NCBI GenBank assembly: GCA_049724395.1
Contig: JAUGWO010000139.1
Coordinates: 62,001-126,000 of the forward strand
Reading direction: 5' to 3'
Length of the DNA stretch: 64,000 nt
From: Spongospora subterranea f. sp. subterranea
Taxonomy: Eukaryota
In this document: one piece after another, positions 37,327 to 51,739 of the stretch
How positions within the stretch are numbered: the stretch's first letter is position 1
Layout of the letters: the number at the start of each line of letters is the position of its first letter
Program-made: the position numbers and the translations under genes
Notes under the pieces: model-generated
Database searches by the model: none
Told to the model about the DNA's origin: nothing
What the model saw: the letters and a program-made list of their open reading frames with translations, nothing else

Positions 37327-38618
37327 ATGACCTGCGCCATGGAGACAGATCCGGCAATCAGTGAGATTGATTTGGAGGACGTAATTGAACGAGACGATAT
37401 CGCAGCGATTCGGGCCCTGACCATCGAAGATGTTGAACATCATCTTCTTGATGATTCGTATCCAGGTCAGATTTTTTTTTTGTTGTTTCGCTCTGGCCAA
37501 CGAACATGGATCAGTTTATCGAGAACTCAAATAGGTCACCTTGTGAATCAATTATCAAGCTGTTGGTCTCGATCGTTATCGTTCCATGAGACGCTATCTC
37601 CTGATCTAATATCGCGCATATCAAATATAGTTGATCATTATCGTGATGCCAGATTTCATGCTATTCAGCTCATACAAGCATATTTATATAATGAGCATAT
37701 GGCCGAAATGGACTCAACTTTGCTGCTGTTATCGCCACATCTCCAGCTATCTTTATTGTCAGCAATGTGCGTCCATCGCATTCCGACAACTCTGCACGTT
37801 CAATTCGCCTAATCAATAATTCCAGGTGTCTGGCTTCGCAACCATCTGCTTCCGTTCATTCCATTATCTGGCCAAATATTCACAACCGTATCCCGTTAAT
37901 TGTTCAATCCCTGCCATCGCAGGTCAACAGATTCCATCTTATTCGGTGGAAGACTTACATGTTTATAGGAAGGATGTGAGATTATCCGATATTATATTGA
38001 TAGGGCGTCGAATCCGTTGTTAATAGCTGATCAATTGGTTCAAGTATAAAGTGGCGAATTGTTATTTGCGTCTAGTTGATTTCAATGGTTTAGTCTGGTA
38101 TATGGCGATCCATCGTGACTTCGCTCTCTGACGATCTGCACATTTCCACGTGTATATCGGGAATATCTCAATGGTAACCACGCTCGTTGCTGCCAATAGC
38201 TGCTGTAATTCAGTTGTTTATTTCCAGCCCATCTTTGGCCACATACACATCTCAAGCACTCCGCCCTAATTTTGGCAAGAACATTTCGTGTTCTTCACAG
38301 ATAGCATTGGCGATATCCTTGGCAATATATTCGGTTGACAATAAGCAATATTGGACAGAGATTGCTTTGGCCCGTTTCAACAGCATTGTGGATGATGCTT
38401 TATCGGCACCAAGTGTTTTGATCAACGTGTTAGACATGACCCATCCGACGTCGCAGTTTCGATCGTCAATATTTGCCGGTCGACTGCGCTCAATGATGTT
38501 GGGTCTCAGACATCCTGTCAGTGATGACGACGAAGAAAGACAATCTTCTTCAAAGTCTGCTATCAGGTTGAGAAGGTCTATTCATCGCATGGTTCACGAA
38601 AATATAAAATCCGAGTAA
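37327..38618 (+). CDS. hypothetical alpha-helical protein, multi-exon
   Basis: 161-aa and 143-aa same-strand ORFs with intervening exon-like segments. No motif recognised. Confidence 0.55.
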
Positions 38619-39499
38619 TATTAGTTCTTCCGTTTGCGTTTTTTATTTTTGATCGTAGTAGTAATATCACAACTTCTCAAGTAAAAATCGCTGTATTTGC
38701 CTCGAGCAAAGGACGTCACGCCTTCTGTCGAAACTTCCGCTTAAATATGGGTCGGTGAAACCGTTGAAAAATTACTTCTTGTCGATGAGTTTTTTGTTTT
38801 GTAATGTCTTCTGCAACTTGTGTTCCAGCCGATCCGCCGCCGCTTTGAACATCTTTTGACGTCTTGACTTCGACAATATGATGATGGTTTGGTCAGCTAT
38901 TACAAATGGGATGATCCGCGCCAATGTAAAGTTGTATTTTCGACACATTCTGATAGGAAACATTTTCTTTAGTTATGGCGGCTGATTGTTTGAAATGCGC
39001 CAATCACCTCTGCTTGAAAACTGTTGGAAAGGCGCGTGCTCAATGGCTTGACATACAGGAGTATATATTTAATCATAAATATTCGTGGATTAGTTCCCTA
39101 ACAAGCAGAAAAGTAGCTTGCTTGCTGTACTGGAATTTAGGGAAAATAGTAAATAAATGATTCTTTTGGTTTTACGACCATTAATCAGTTGATTTTCTCA
39201 ACGAAACACTGCAAGTGTTTGTAACGATCATGCTTGTCCTGTTAACATCGAATGGAGCGAATGAGTACATCTTTTCGTAGGCAAAATTTAGAGAGCTCCT
39301 TCGAGTTCCTCTAGCTCCATTTCGTGATGTTCAGTCCCTGTTCGGTTTTGCTTTTTGCGATGTCAAAGGTCATTGCACGAAATCGCTAGTTCCAATCAAC
39401 GCAGCGAGGTGTAAAATGATGAACTTTCATGGTTTATTACTGGAATGACAGGTTTGCAGGATGGGCAATACAGAATCAACTGATTGCGATGCAGAGTAT

Positions 39500-40270
39500 C
39501 TTTATGAGGTTCATGGTTAATTTCCCATCACACACCGATGGCCATTATACGCCACCAAGAACAGACACGATCAGACAGAGCCCCGAAAACCAAGTTGTTG
39601 TTAGGCAATTCAGTTTTTGCGAAGTCCAAATTGTGAAAACATGGTGGCGAGAGAGTTCTTGGCAGTTGAAAGCAACGACCCTACTGAAGGACAGGCTACA
39701 ACGATGTCCTGTCGATCCACCCAGATTGGTATTGGGATGGGGAATCCACCAGCTGACACTTTCAGATACCAGTATGTCTCGAACCTCCAGCCTTCTCTGC
39801 TGGTCGTACATTTTTGCACCATATCTGTCCCAAATCGAATGTGTGAGCACTCCTTGAGCCAACAACAAAACAACGATGACCATTGACGTACCTTCATAGA
39901 ATTGCATTCCATGATATGATCTATCGACAGAGATTGGGACAGCCACTTCGAAGCTGAAAGGCGACTTTGCCCTCAAGTATTGATTAGGTATGTGGTCGAT
40001 GACACCTACTTCATAGTCTGTTGTAGGTAATGGGTATTCAACGCGTACTTCACCATTCACGAGCTCGATTTCGAAACCATTAGTGTTCTCCCCAGACACA
40101 AGCACAAATATGTTCAACGCCAACCCGTTCGCGGTGAAGTTCAGGTACTGAACCCTTTGAAGGTCAGCTCTGATATTGAAATCTGTACTAGGCATTGCGA
40201 CCAAAAAATATATGACCACGGCGCCGCCGATAACAGAGGCAATTAGACATGCAATCCCACCACAGCACAT
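39500..40270 (-). CDS. membrane-anchored LEA_2/WHy-like protein
   Basis: MCCGG plus TM helix, then a beta-rich region with ENTNGFEIEL..GEVRVEY..VGVI typical of LEA_2. 3' exons uncertain. Confidence 0.55.
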
Positions 40271-40804
40271 CTTTGTTTCGGTTTGAGAATTCTTGATTGG
40301 AAATGGATTTGACAGTTTTGGGATGATACCGGAAGTCTGGCATGAGGTGAGTCACGACAAAAAAAGTCCTGACTGTACAGTGAACGTCCAAAGAATCAAA
40401 GCGCAAACGCAACGCGCGATATCTTAATGAAGCATTGCAAGCGAGAACTCTCAGAGGTTCCAATGACACCCCAGCCCAAACACCACACTGTGAAATCGGG
40501 TGAACACTGATAAAACATAAATAGAAACATCACAAAATTCACTGCCCAAACAACGACACACAGCTTTAAGACGAAGGCATAGAAAAAGGCGAAACGCATC
40601 TTCAGAGTAAGAGGATTCTTCGCGAAGATTTCAGACAAAGCTGGGCGATAATGAACACATCATCAACCTCTAGACGAGTTGTGTTCTGCAAAGAGCAGCA
40701 ATACTCAGAGCTGAGATTGGTTCAAATATTCTATTTATACAAGAGGATTTTGCCTGATCAAATCAAACCGAGGAATGGGCGTTGAGTATGCATCGGCAGC
40801 TGGT

Positions 40805-42503
40805 TTATTCGTCTGTGTTGATGAGACTATGTCTATGTAGCGCTGGAGCTGGATTGCTTCTGGTTTTTGCCCGTACGTCCATACGATTTGAACGGCGTTC
40901 CTGGCATTGTTGATTAATTGTTGTGAAGACTAACCCAACATAGACTCTTTACCATAGCCTGCATATAACGCAGCTTATCACGTTCAGATTCTGGCATCAC
41001 GTCGACATCGATTCGCTTCGGCTGATAACTGTGCTCATCGATGGCAACGAAAGTAAAGTAGCCAATATTGCAAAAGGGTGTGGGGGATGCGGTCTCAGAA
41101 CGTCGTTGCCAATCAAGCACCCTAACCCTAACTCCAACCTAACCATGATTAATACGAAATGACCGAGCCGGTCAAACGCTCCACCTCCATAGACGTTGTA
41201 AACACTCTATTGACCTGGGCTTGGATTAAAACCATGGATCCGACTGGAACCTATTCGTACTTAAGGTGGGAGAGCAGTTTGTCAGATAGGATGTAGGTAC
41301 CTGGTTTAAGAAAGACATTCGGTCCAGCCCGACAGTAAGAACCAATGATCGGCATAATCGAATAGCTGATATCGATGCTGCTTGTTCCATCCATTTCAAT
41401 ATCTAAACGCGATCTCACTATTTCGTAAGTGCCATTTTGGACGATGACCAATACCTGTCCCCCGAATGCGATCCCCAATGGGTTAGAATGGACAGGCATC
41501 ACCATTTTGGTCATTTCCAATCGTGTATCCGCTGTTGGAATAAATTTTGATGCAGGAATAGCCTCAGATACTCGAGAATGGTCCTAGAATAAAGATGAGA
41601 TCATAAGATATACCTCTATTTTACATTGCACCAACGCTCCATCGTTCAACGATGTCGTTCATTTTTGTAGATTTTTGGCTCTTATATTGATTATTTCTTT
41701 CGCACGCCTTTTCGAAGGATTGTTTCTAAACACGTTATCAGCTGACTTTTCTGCACTGTACAGCAAGGATATACCTCTTCTTCCGACTCTGGAGTTAGTT
41801 TAGGAACTTGCCGCGGTCGCCGATTGTCTCCGAGACACACAAACTTTAGCAAGGCACGGCAACAGAAAGTCCTCTTGCCAGTTAGAGGATCCTCGACGTA
41901 GACTAGAACTTCCACTTCCATACTATTGCTAGATCAGCAGCGGCCGAGAACCCCAGTAAATAGTGAAAATCAAACCTGGAATTGAATGCTGCCGTCATCT
42001 TACTTGTCATTAGAATAATGTCGCTAACCTTTGCTGGTGTAGAGAAATGAATCTCGCTCATTGATGCGGTGACAACAGGAGCCTATCCACCGATAAAAAC
42101 TTGCCATATTTGGAAAACAAAAGTAAAACACCTGGCAATGTCGTAGAGCACATGCGCCTCCGATTTTGTCAACCATAGCTAACAATTCCCCGCCATAAGC
42201 GAAACTAAATTTCGTACATTGCCTGATGTTCATCCAGTTAAGTCTGTGAGATCATAAATCATAGGAAGATATCGGTACCCTGGAGTTAACGTCTCTAATC
42301 CATCAACTACAGAATACGACGGTGTTCGAGCGTTCTCATCCGCGACTTTTTTGTTTTCTACAGAGACTCATTGAGCGATCGTTCACAGCCAATACGTTCG
42401 CGACACGCATACTGAATAAGCCTAGATACCATACGACGGCATAGGAAGAGATTGTGCATAGTGCAACAGACAGCACAATCCGAAATAGGAATAGATCGAA
42501 CAT
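40805..42503 (-). CDS. double hot-dog acyl-CoA thioesterase with N-terminal TM segment
   Basis: AYGGELLAMVDKIGGACALRHC, SMEVEVLV, MTKMVMPVHSNPLGIAFGGQILKWMEQAASISA, AQVNRVFTTSMEVGV, YFTFVAIDE. Confidence 0.9.
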
Positions 42504-42991
42504 ATAGGATGAAATGTCTCGCGTCTTCACCACAATTACTAATGAAAAAATATTAAATACTGCGGAAGTAGTAATAATAATTGTGCAAAGTTTGCGCGAC
42601 AGTGAGAGCTGAAATGCCGTAGTATGGTACATACGGTAGTTCGGAGATCGTGGATTGCGGGATCCCCATAGAAATTGTGTTTGTTTGTGGAGGACGCCGC
42701 AAGCACATCCTGCGTCGGAGTCCCCGTAGCGCCCACTAAAAAGAGAGGCCGGCCTGTCTTTGTCTGCAGAAGATCCAGACGCGAAGTGGACAAAAGCCAT
42801 GGTGAATCTCTGCTCACTGCCAGAGAAGAGTTCCGTTCTTACTGTATTGACACCGAAAGTAGATACAAGATTGCAGACGGGTGGCTGAAAGTCACCTTGA
42901 GGGATAATTAGTTGCATGGATGCAAACTGTCGTTGGAACAGGTTAAATCAAGTACAACAATACTCGAGTTTATCCATTTAAACGTTGTTGC

Positions 42992-43285
42992 CGTTTTGAA
43001 AAATTCCCTCAATTCACCACGAGAAGCATTTAGCTCGTGCAAAACATGCTTGATGGCATCACCACTTACCCCGAAATTTCCAATTTGCTGGAAAATGGGG
43101 CAAAAATCAATGCCGCCGATGGCGATGGGCTCGGCGGAAGCATCGAAAATGCATTCTCCAGCATGAACAACGGCTTGTGCATGGTCGCCAAGTCTATTGG
43201 AAATATGGGGGGAAGTGGTGATTACATCAAGCATGTGTACGAGCTAAAAGCTTCTCGTGGTGAATTGAGGGATTTATTCAGAACG
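42992..43285. repeat. ~90 bp imperfect inverted repeat with ~110 bp spacer
   Basis: TCCCTCAATTCACCACGAGAAGC..AGCTCGT..ACATGCTTGATG..ATCACCACTT (from ~43005) mirrors AAGTGGTGAT..CATCAAGCATGT..ACGAGCT..GCTTCTCGTGGTGAATTGAGGGA (to ~43272). Confidence 0.85.
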
Positions 43286-44714
43286 TCCACACTGAACACG
43301 CTGGTCAGGCTCCACAAAATGGATTTCAGGGAGAGAGTTCTTACTCGCATTCTGTAGTCATTGCCTACAGTAACGCTGTGCGACCTTGACATTCGCTAGC
43401 GGCGATGTCCTCCCCGTCTTTCAAAAGCACGTCAACGCAATCGGCTTTGATGATTGACGACATTTAAACACCGATACGGAAGAACGGAACGACGTTTTAG
43501 AAAGAAAAAATCTCGCCCTGTTCAAAACGAAAAAGTTGTAGATCCAACAATCTTGAAAATGTGGACAGATCAAAACACACGACATTTTAATCTCAGTGTC
43601 AGCCACATGATTAAAAAATTCAAGTGACTCAGGCTACAGTTGCTAATACCTGGCGTCGCATCAATAATGGATTCCAGGGCAAATATACGAAATGGGCTAC
43701 CTACCTAGTAAATTCTGGTTATCATTTTCTGCATAAGAAAGCAAAGGCATACCTGCCTTTTCGCGAAGCATTCATCAGCGCCGTAGTTTCAAGATCGCTG
43801 ACATCATGGGAGTGTGATCCATGATCCATTTAACCCCGATGCTCCACACTGAACGAGGTTAGTCTTCACAGGCTGAATTCGGGCGGATTCTCACTCGCAT
43901 TTGTTAATTGTTGCCCACAGTACCGCAGTGCAACCATTATCGCCACTACTGTTCAGAAGAAACAAAACATGTATATCGTAAACCACAAGTATTGAACATG
44001 TGAGAAATCAAAACACGACATTGGGAATGCCAGTGCCAAGCATAACAAAATCAATAGCTGATGATAAAATTGACTCTGAGTACCAACGGTTATAGAGACA
44101 ACTATGATGACAGAGTAAGAATTCAAAGATTGAATTCAAGATATCACCATGAAATCTAGCTTCGGCTTTGAATTTTTCAAAGCCATCGCTTACTATGCTG
44201 GGGATTACTGTCGCCTTCACGATAAAGGGAGCGTTATATTTCAGCGACTATACATGTAGTCGAACTCCATATTGATGCAGAGATGTTCATCGCATCCCAT
44301 GAATTTTTGATTGCAAAAGGATTGAGATGGATGGTATTTTTAGGCGCCTCTCATAAATGGCTACGATCCGGAGGCGTTACCGGGACCAAATTCCAGCTAT
44401 CATCATTTCTCATAAACAATTTGGGGTTAAGATTTTTCTTGACGCAAACTCGTGTTGATGCTGCTTTCCTTTTTGTGGATTTTCCAAATTTTCAAGTTCT
44501 GATATTGACATTTATCGAATAACATCCCAGTGCGTTCAAGATCGAGATCTGCAGACCAGGCAACGTACTATCCGTAGATCCATCATACCTGGCTAAACAA
44601 AGCATTACGCCAAGTACGGATGATGTGATTCACCTTAATGTATTATATGCCCGCCATGTCCTTTTGATACTACTACATATGTAGTTACGGGCCATCCTAA
44701 CTGGATGATGTTTC

Positions 44715-45881
44715 TCACATTCGAATAAATACGCGTCCAGTTACTTCTGAAGACTCGAGAGATTCAAATACTTCAGCAAGTTGATCTAACGATGTTTCCT
44801 CCACTTTGCACTTGACGACTCCTTCATGGGCTAATTTGAGGGTATGAAGCAAATCTAGTCGGGTACCGAAAGAGCTGCCCGCAAGTGTCTTCCCGTGCAT
44901 CACCAGGTCGAATACGTCGACATCGAACGATCCAGGAGGCAAAGACAGGGCTACAACGGTCCCGTTAGGTCGTACTGACAGCAATGCCTCCTTATATGTC
45001 CCCAGATCAGGAGAAATGACCAAGATACCATCAGGTCCTTGCCGATCACAAATCTCTCGAATATCCACTAAGATGTTCTTGGTGGCGTTGCTGTCAACAA
45101 CTGCAGTCGCTCCCAACTTTTTCAAATCCATAACGCGCTCACGACCTTGATCGATGGCGCAAACCTGACGTCAGCTCAGCAATCAGGTTGGGGAAAGGGA
45201 TGACGGTAAACCGACCTTAATACCCATATGTGAAGCGAACTGAACGGCCAAATGTCCCAGTCCTCCAGCTGCCCCCGAAGATTGCCAACCATTGCCCGGC
45301 ATGGACGTTAGTCTTTTTGACGCCAGCGAAAGAAGTGACCCCGGCACATAACATGGCCGCCGCCTGTAATGAATCCAGCCCATGAGGGATATGGACTATC
45401 GACTTGAATCCGATCGCCACGTATTCAGCATGGCATCCGTCAATAGAGAACCCAACTGGTGTTATCTCCGGGCAGAGGTTGTCGCTGGTCAAAACAAACC
45501 ATTTCACAATTATCATCATTCACATGGCGCTTAGACATACTTTCCACTAAGACATATATCGCATTCACCACAAGACCCGTTTGTCCACGAAATTCCCACA
45601 CGATCACCGATCTTGAATTTCACAAAGGTTCTGACCATATCCCCTAATTTAACGATCGAGCCGACGCCCTCATGCCCAGTTATGATAGGAGTCTGGGCTT
45701 TCTGTGCCCAATCGCCATGGGCCACGTGCACATCTGTATGGCATACTCCTGACACCTCAAGCTTCACCAATACTTGGTCCGGTTCGATCTCGGGCACTCG
45801 ATATTCTTCCTGAATGTCAACCCCTTCACCAAACTTGTTGATAACAGCAGCTCTCATCGTCTTGGGAACGCCAGTCTCCAT
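44715..45881 (-). CDS. zinc-dependent alcohol dehydrogenase (AdhP/ADH1 type); apparent +1 frameshift at 45272-45276
   Basis: SGVCHTDVH, GHEGVG, CGECDIC...C, LCAGVT, GAAGGLGHLAVQ. Two introns. One extra G in GGGGG breaks the frame. Confidence 0.92.
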
Positions 45882-46305
45882 AATTTGCTCTTGTACTCAA
45901 TTTGAACTGATGATATTGTGCTGTTGATTTTACTAATGAATTTAAAGTTCACATGAATATCGGACATAACTCATTGGGCACAACCACAACGCCCATCATT
46001 TTATTGATTCACGACCAACCATGACTCGCAATTTGCGCAATCATAAAAGGCATACATATCCAGTTAAATCGACAAGTGTGACAAAAGCGGCATGCGGTTG
46101 TCTGACGCAAGCCGACTGTTTTCGTTTGGCGCTCCCATATTCTGGGCCCATCCAAGAACAGCATTCTGTTGATTATTGTACGAAACTAATAGATGGAATG
46201 TCAAATTTCGTCAATTAGATTCGAATTTCGTTTCACATGTTTTGGTTCATGTTGCCGACAGTGGTTTTACAGAATCAAATCAGCGGCATGCCTAGAATCT
46301 AACAA

Positions 46306-47579
46306 TGTTACAATTATTACTGTCCTACAGGTGTTACAATCATTACTGTCCTACTGGTGTTACAATCATTACTGTCCTACTGGTGTTACAATCATTACTG
46401 TCCTACTGGTGTTACAATCATTACTGTCCTACTGGTGTTACAATCATTACTGTCCTACTGGTGTTACAATTATTACTGTCCTACTGGAGTTACAATCATT
46501 ACTGTCCTACTGGTGTTACAATCATTACTGTCCTACTGGTGTTACAATCATTACTGTCCTTCTGGTGTTACAATCATTACTGTCCTACTGGTGTTACAAT
46601 CATTACTGTCCTACTGGTGTTACAATCATTACTGTCCTACTGGTGTTACAATTATTACTGTCCTACTGGTGTTACAATTATTACTGTCCTACTGGTGTTA
46701 CAATTATTACTGTCCTACTGGTGTTACAATCATTACTGTCCTACTGGTGTTACAATTATTACTGTCCTACTGGTGTTACAATCATTACTGTCCTACTGGT
46801 GTTACAATCATTACTGTCCTACTGGTGTTACAATCATTACTGTCCTACTGGTGTTACAATCATTACTGTCCTACTGGTGTTACAATTATTACTGTCCTAC
46901 TGGTGTTACAATCATTACTGTCCTACTGGTGTTACAATAATTACTGTCCTACTGGTGTTACAATCATTACTGTCCTACTGGTGTTACAATCATTACTGTC
47001 CTACTGGTGTTACAATTATTACTGTCCTACTGGTGTTACAATCATTACTGTCCTACTGGTGTTACAATTATTACTGTCCTACTGGTGTTACAATTATTAC
47101 TGTCCTACTGGTGTTACAATCATTACTGTCCTACTGGTGTTACAATCATTACTGTCCTACTGGTGTTACAATCATTACTGTCCTACTGGTGTTACAATCA
47201 TTACTGTCCTACTGGTGTTACAATTATTACTGTCCTACTGGTGTTACAATCATTACTGTCCTACTGGTGTTACAATAATTACTGTCCTACTGGTGTTACA
47301 ATCATTACTGTCCTACTGGTGTTACAATCATTACTGTCCTACTGGTGTTACAATTATTACTGTCCTACTGGTGTTACAATCATTACTGTCCTACTGGTGT
47401 TACAATCATTACTGTCCTACTGGTGTTACAATCATTACTGTCCTACTGGTGTTACAATCATTACTGTCCTACTGGTGTTACAATCATTACTGTCCTACTG
47501 GTGTTACAATTATTACTGTCCTACTGGTGTTACAATCATTACTGTCCTACTGGTGTTACAATCATTACTGTCCTACTGG
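46306..47579. repeat. minisatellite, 49 x 26 bp (TGTTACAAT[C/T/A]ATTACTGTCCTACTGG)
   Basis: Directly visible tandem array with no indels and essentially one variable position. Confidence 0.99.
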
Positions 47580-47638
47580 ATCATTGCTCTGGTTATGATA
47601 TCGAGTCATTATCACATTGTTTTCCAGTCGTTTTCATC

Positions 47639-47698
47639 CACGTTTAAGCTGTTTTCGCACCGCATGGTCACGTTTAAGCTGTTTTCGCACCGCATGGT
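47639..47698. repeat. perfect 30 bp tandem duplication
   Basis: CACGTTTAAGCTGTTTTCGCACCGCATGGT x2. Confidence 0.95.
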
Positions 47699-47764
47699 CT
47701 ATCTATAGGTTTCATCACCAGGCGTACTGTAAAGCCCAGAAATTGTATATTCCGAACGACAGTG

Positions 47765-50700
47765 CTATATAATAATTTCCTTGATCTTTGGCTTTTGTAT
47801 ATGTCGTTGATTAGCGCCCAGCACCGATGGTTTGAAAGGTGCATTATTCCCATATGGTTTGGGAATTCCGAGATCCTCAGATACATATGCATTAGGTCGC
47901 GGCTCGGCCATCGTGCGAAGCTTTCCCTAAATCCGTTATCGGTTAGATGTTTACCGAAACGCGCACAATGTGAGCTGAAACCTCTTGCTGTTTCCATCGG
48001 AAATCATCAGGATGGACCCTTTCAGGATGCAATATCTCATCGTGGCGCCGGATTCGATCCCGCTCCATTCTATACCACTCGTGCTCGATGGCTTCCGACG
48101 GTGGAAGTCCTTGATTGAGTAGATCCTGCGATATACTGAGCTCAGTCTCTTTCTCCTTTTTCTCCTGCTCCATCTGCTCGTGATTGTTTAGCATAATATT
48201 ATTGAGACAACACGAACCGTTACTCGTAAAGCTGTGGCCTGGTACATTGACAGTTCGGATACGGTGGCCATCATTTTCCGGCGAAGCTTCCTGATTGTGT
48301 CTTGATGAAGATTGAGATCGCTGGCTAGCGATAACGTCTTGTCATGTCCTTCAGCTGCTTCGCACCTCAACTTCTCACTAAGAGTTCCCACCTGACACAC
48401 ACTCAAAATCAATATCGACATGAGCTGTTCGTTTCTTGACATGATAAGACCTCTTCAAGAAGGAGATTCTTCTCGAGGAGCTGCTCTTTTTTATCGTTTA
48501 GAATATCCTGGAGGACCTCAATCTTTGAATTGAGTTGACTGATCTGCAGATCTTCTCCCTTCAATATCTTATGTCGTTCGCATTCAGACGGCGTCTCGAG
48601 CTTCTCGCTCAGATTCGCTATCGTCTGTCTCCGATCCGAAAGTGCACAGGTTAATTTGGCAACTTGATCCTGTAGCTCTTTAACCTATTGTACGGATCAA
48701 CCAATTTTGACAATTCTAATCGTTTGTTAAACAATTATCGAAACCTGGGTTTTTCCTGGAGCTTGGCTCCTAGCTGACGTAATTCGCCTTTTCAGCTCTT
48801 CAATTTGTATGTGAACTTTCCTAATTGACTCATCCAGCTCGAATAACTTCTTTTCTCCGCTCGTCAGCATTGATTCAAATATGTGTGCCTTTTCATGTAA
48901 AATACACAGCTCATCATTCCTATCCACCAATTGTATTCCTGTCGAATTCCGTCCTATCGTCCATCAATATCAGGGTCTCAAACATGATCGCCGAACCTCG
49001 TGATTGATCTACCTTCCACCGCTTTCGCGTATGTTGCGCGAAGTCGTCCCATTTCCTTTTCTGCTGCAGAAATCGTCTGGTTTAGTTTCTTGATCTCCAT
49101 CAACTGTCGTTGCGATTCGATCTTCTTCGCCCGATATTTAATCCGAAGTTTGGACTGATCAAGTCTGTTGCCCCGTTGTCAACAGGCGACCGGCTTCCGA
49201 GCAGATGATATATCGATCTCTAACCTCATGACATCTCTCGTCGTTTGTGCAGTCTGTAGCACCCGAGCCTCGTCCGCCAGGCTCTTCTCTTTTGCTGTCG
49301 ACTCCGATCTCAGAATCTCAACCTCGTTTTGCAGAATTTTGATCTCTCTCCTTCATCTCGGCTAGTTCCTGATCATTCAATCCATCTTAATTCACCTCCA
49401 ATTTACCCAATCCGTTACTGACTTGGCTGCACGCTTGAGTCAGATTGGCGAACTTGTTTCTTTGATTCTTGACCAGATCGTACATCACGGAACATTCGTG
49501 TAATCTGACTTTGACGTCCATAACCTATGGCAACCGATTCAGGCTTCATGGTAGTCGCTCAAATGAGGCGTCGTCGAACTTTTTTGTTGAGATCCAGCAT
49601 AATTAGGTCCTTGACTTTTAGCTCCTCTTTGATTGATTTATAATCCCCAGCCGCTTTAGCAGTGTCCCTCGACATGACATCCCTCCTAGAACTCATATCA
49701 CGAATAAGCCCTTTCAGTTCCCTATCGTCAATCTCTATCAGAAAACACTCAGAGAGTTCCTTGAAATGATCGGACCGCTCCTTCTTCATTGAATGTCGTA
49801 AACCTTCTTCTAAATTCTTATTGATCTCCCGATATTCGTTGAGCTTCGCTTCGGCAATGGCGTCTGTTTTCTCTTCTCTCAGAAACTGTGATATCAGGAT
49901 ATCGATATCAGCTTGTAGTTCTTCAACCGCCGCCGTATTCTCCTTGGTCTAATTGGGGCAGATTTTGGCTTCAACGCTCGGTTCTGGCCAAAATCGGCTC
50001 AATACCTGAGTCTCGATTTGTGACAACTGATGACCAAGGGCCATCCACTGATCCTTTATTGGGTCAATCGTGCTGCTGATCGCGTCTCGTTTCCTTCTCG
50101 TCTTCTCATAGCGTCTTTTCAGCTCATCCAACGCCTTCTTCCTGAATGTAAATCGTCAGATGATCGATACCGATTATCCACCGATTTCCTACAGTTTTCC
50201 AACATGATTGAGTTCATTACGGATCCGTATTTTCATCTCATTACTGGTCGCTTCTAATTCCAGTTTTTCCCCTAACTTATCCTGATATCGAACAGTCTCG
50301 TTCTCCAGCTGTTTTGACACCTCGGTGACAGTTTTCTCCGCCTTCCAAACCTCTTTCCGAATCTTCTCCAAATTGAACATCCATTCTAATTGAGATGTGC
50401 TCACTTTTTTCTTTTCCAACCCGTTAGCTTCATATTCCTAATCACGCCCAACCTGTCAGACATTACAAAACACCGATGTCTCGATTTCTCTGACCTCATT
50501 CAGTTTCTCGATCTCTTGTGACAGGAACTGCCCTTGTACAGTTAACCCGCTAATCGCCTTCTGTGACATCTCAATTTGTGCCTTGATTCTTTCTGGATTG
50601 ATCTTGGCGCGATTGAGTTCAATCTGGTTCTGATACTTCACCTTCTCCAAGTCCTAGGTTCAAGCTCTTTCAAAACAGGAATTCTGAATCAAGTACCAGA

Positions 50701-51408
50701 AAAGATCCACCTCACTATCGGCTTTTAACCTGATCAACCTTTGTGCATATTCTTCTTTGAACGCTGTTTCCTTCTGGCTTGCCTCCTCATGTGACTTCAA
50801 TTCAGCCTAAACCCACAGCGATGATATTAAGTAACAATTCGGGGATCACCGCCAAAACTCATTCGTAAAAACCTGGATATCCTGAATACTGGTTTTCAAT
50901 CTCTCAACGATTGGCATCGTTAACGTCTCTCCTTCCTTCCTCCTGACCTCTAACTCATCCGTTATTTCGATCTTGGTTCGTTGAAGTTCCTCAATCTCAA
51001 AATTGCACAATCCCCCTTGCTCCTCTAAACTCGTAACCTGCGTATCGATCCACAGAATCAGAAAGTTCCATGATCACAAACATTTTCCCATCAGTCAACC
51101 TCAATCGATTTCTGTTCTAATTGGTTCTTCAACTCCTGTATTCGATCAGTGAAATCTAGTCGATCTGCCATTTTCTTCTCCAATTTCTTCTTTTTATCAG
51201 TCCAATCAACGTTCATCTGCTTTGCTTTCGTCAAAAGGATCTTCTCATTTTCGTACGTCTCCAGGACGACTTCGTGCAATTGTGCATATTTCGTTTTATA
51301 GGTTAATATCTGAGCAGCCGACAAGATACCCCTGGACTCCAAATCGTCCAACAATCCATATGCGACCGAATTGGAAATATCAGCCAAAGCAGCGCCATGA
51401 TTATCCAT
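47765..51408 (-). CDS. CCDC146: coiled-coil domain-containing protein 146, many exons; apparent +1 frameshift near 49345
   Basis: [82 protein letters not shown]. Confidence 0.9.
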
Positions 51409-51739
51409 AAGAAAATCTACAAGCCCAATCTAACCATTAATCGGGAGGATCGGGGCTCAAAATGCCACCCTGAACAAGAATGGAACCGATCAACTAATTA
51501 TTTTGGTATTTAGAGATGGCGATCGACCAATCGTACGTCCTAGTGGATTATATGGTGGAGCCCTCTTTTGTCTCATGAGTAGCTCGTGTCGCAATGTGTC
51601 AAACAACGAACATGTATGAAGACTGCTCCCTACAGCAGTGAACTATAGAAGGGTTAGATTTACAAAATTTCAGCTAAACACAAATGGTGAAGAGCGTCGT
51701 GGCAGTGATGATGAATAATTTATGATTGTTACGTTTGTC

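Noticed and set aside
46193..47708. Long ORFs with YWCYNHYCPTGVTIITVLLVLQSLLS repeats, and a possible CRISPR array
   Set aside because: The 26-bp unit lacks + strand stops, so all frames read open as an artefact. There are no unique spacers or cas genes, and the context is eukaryotic.
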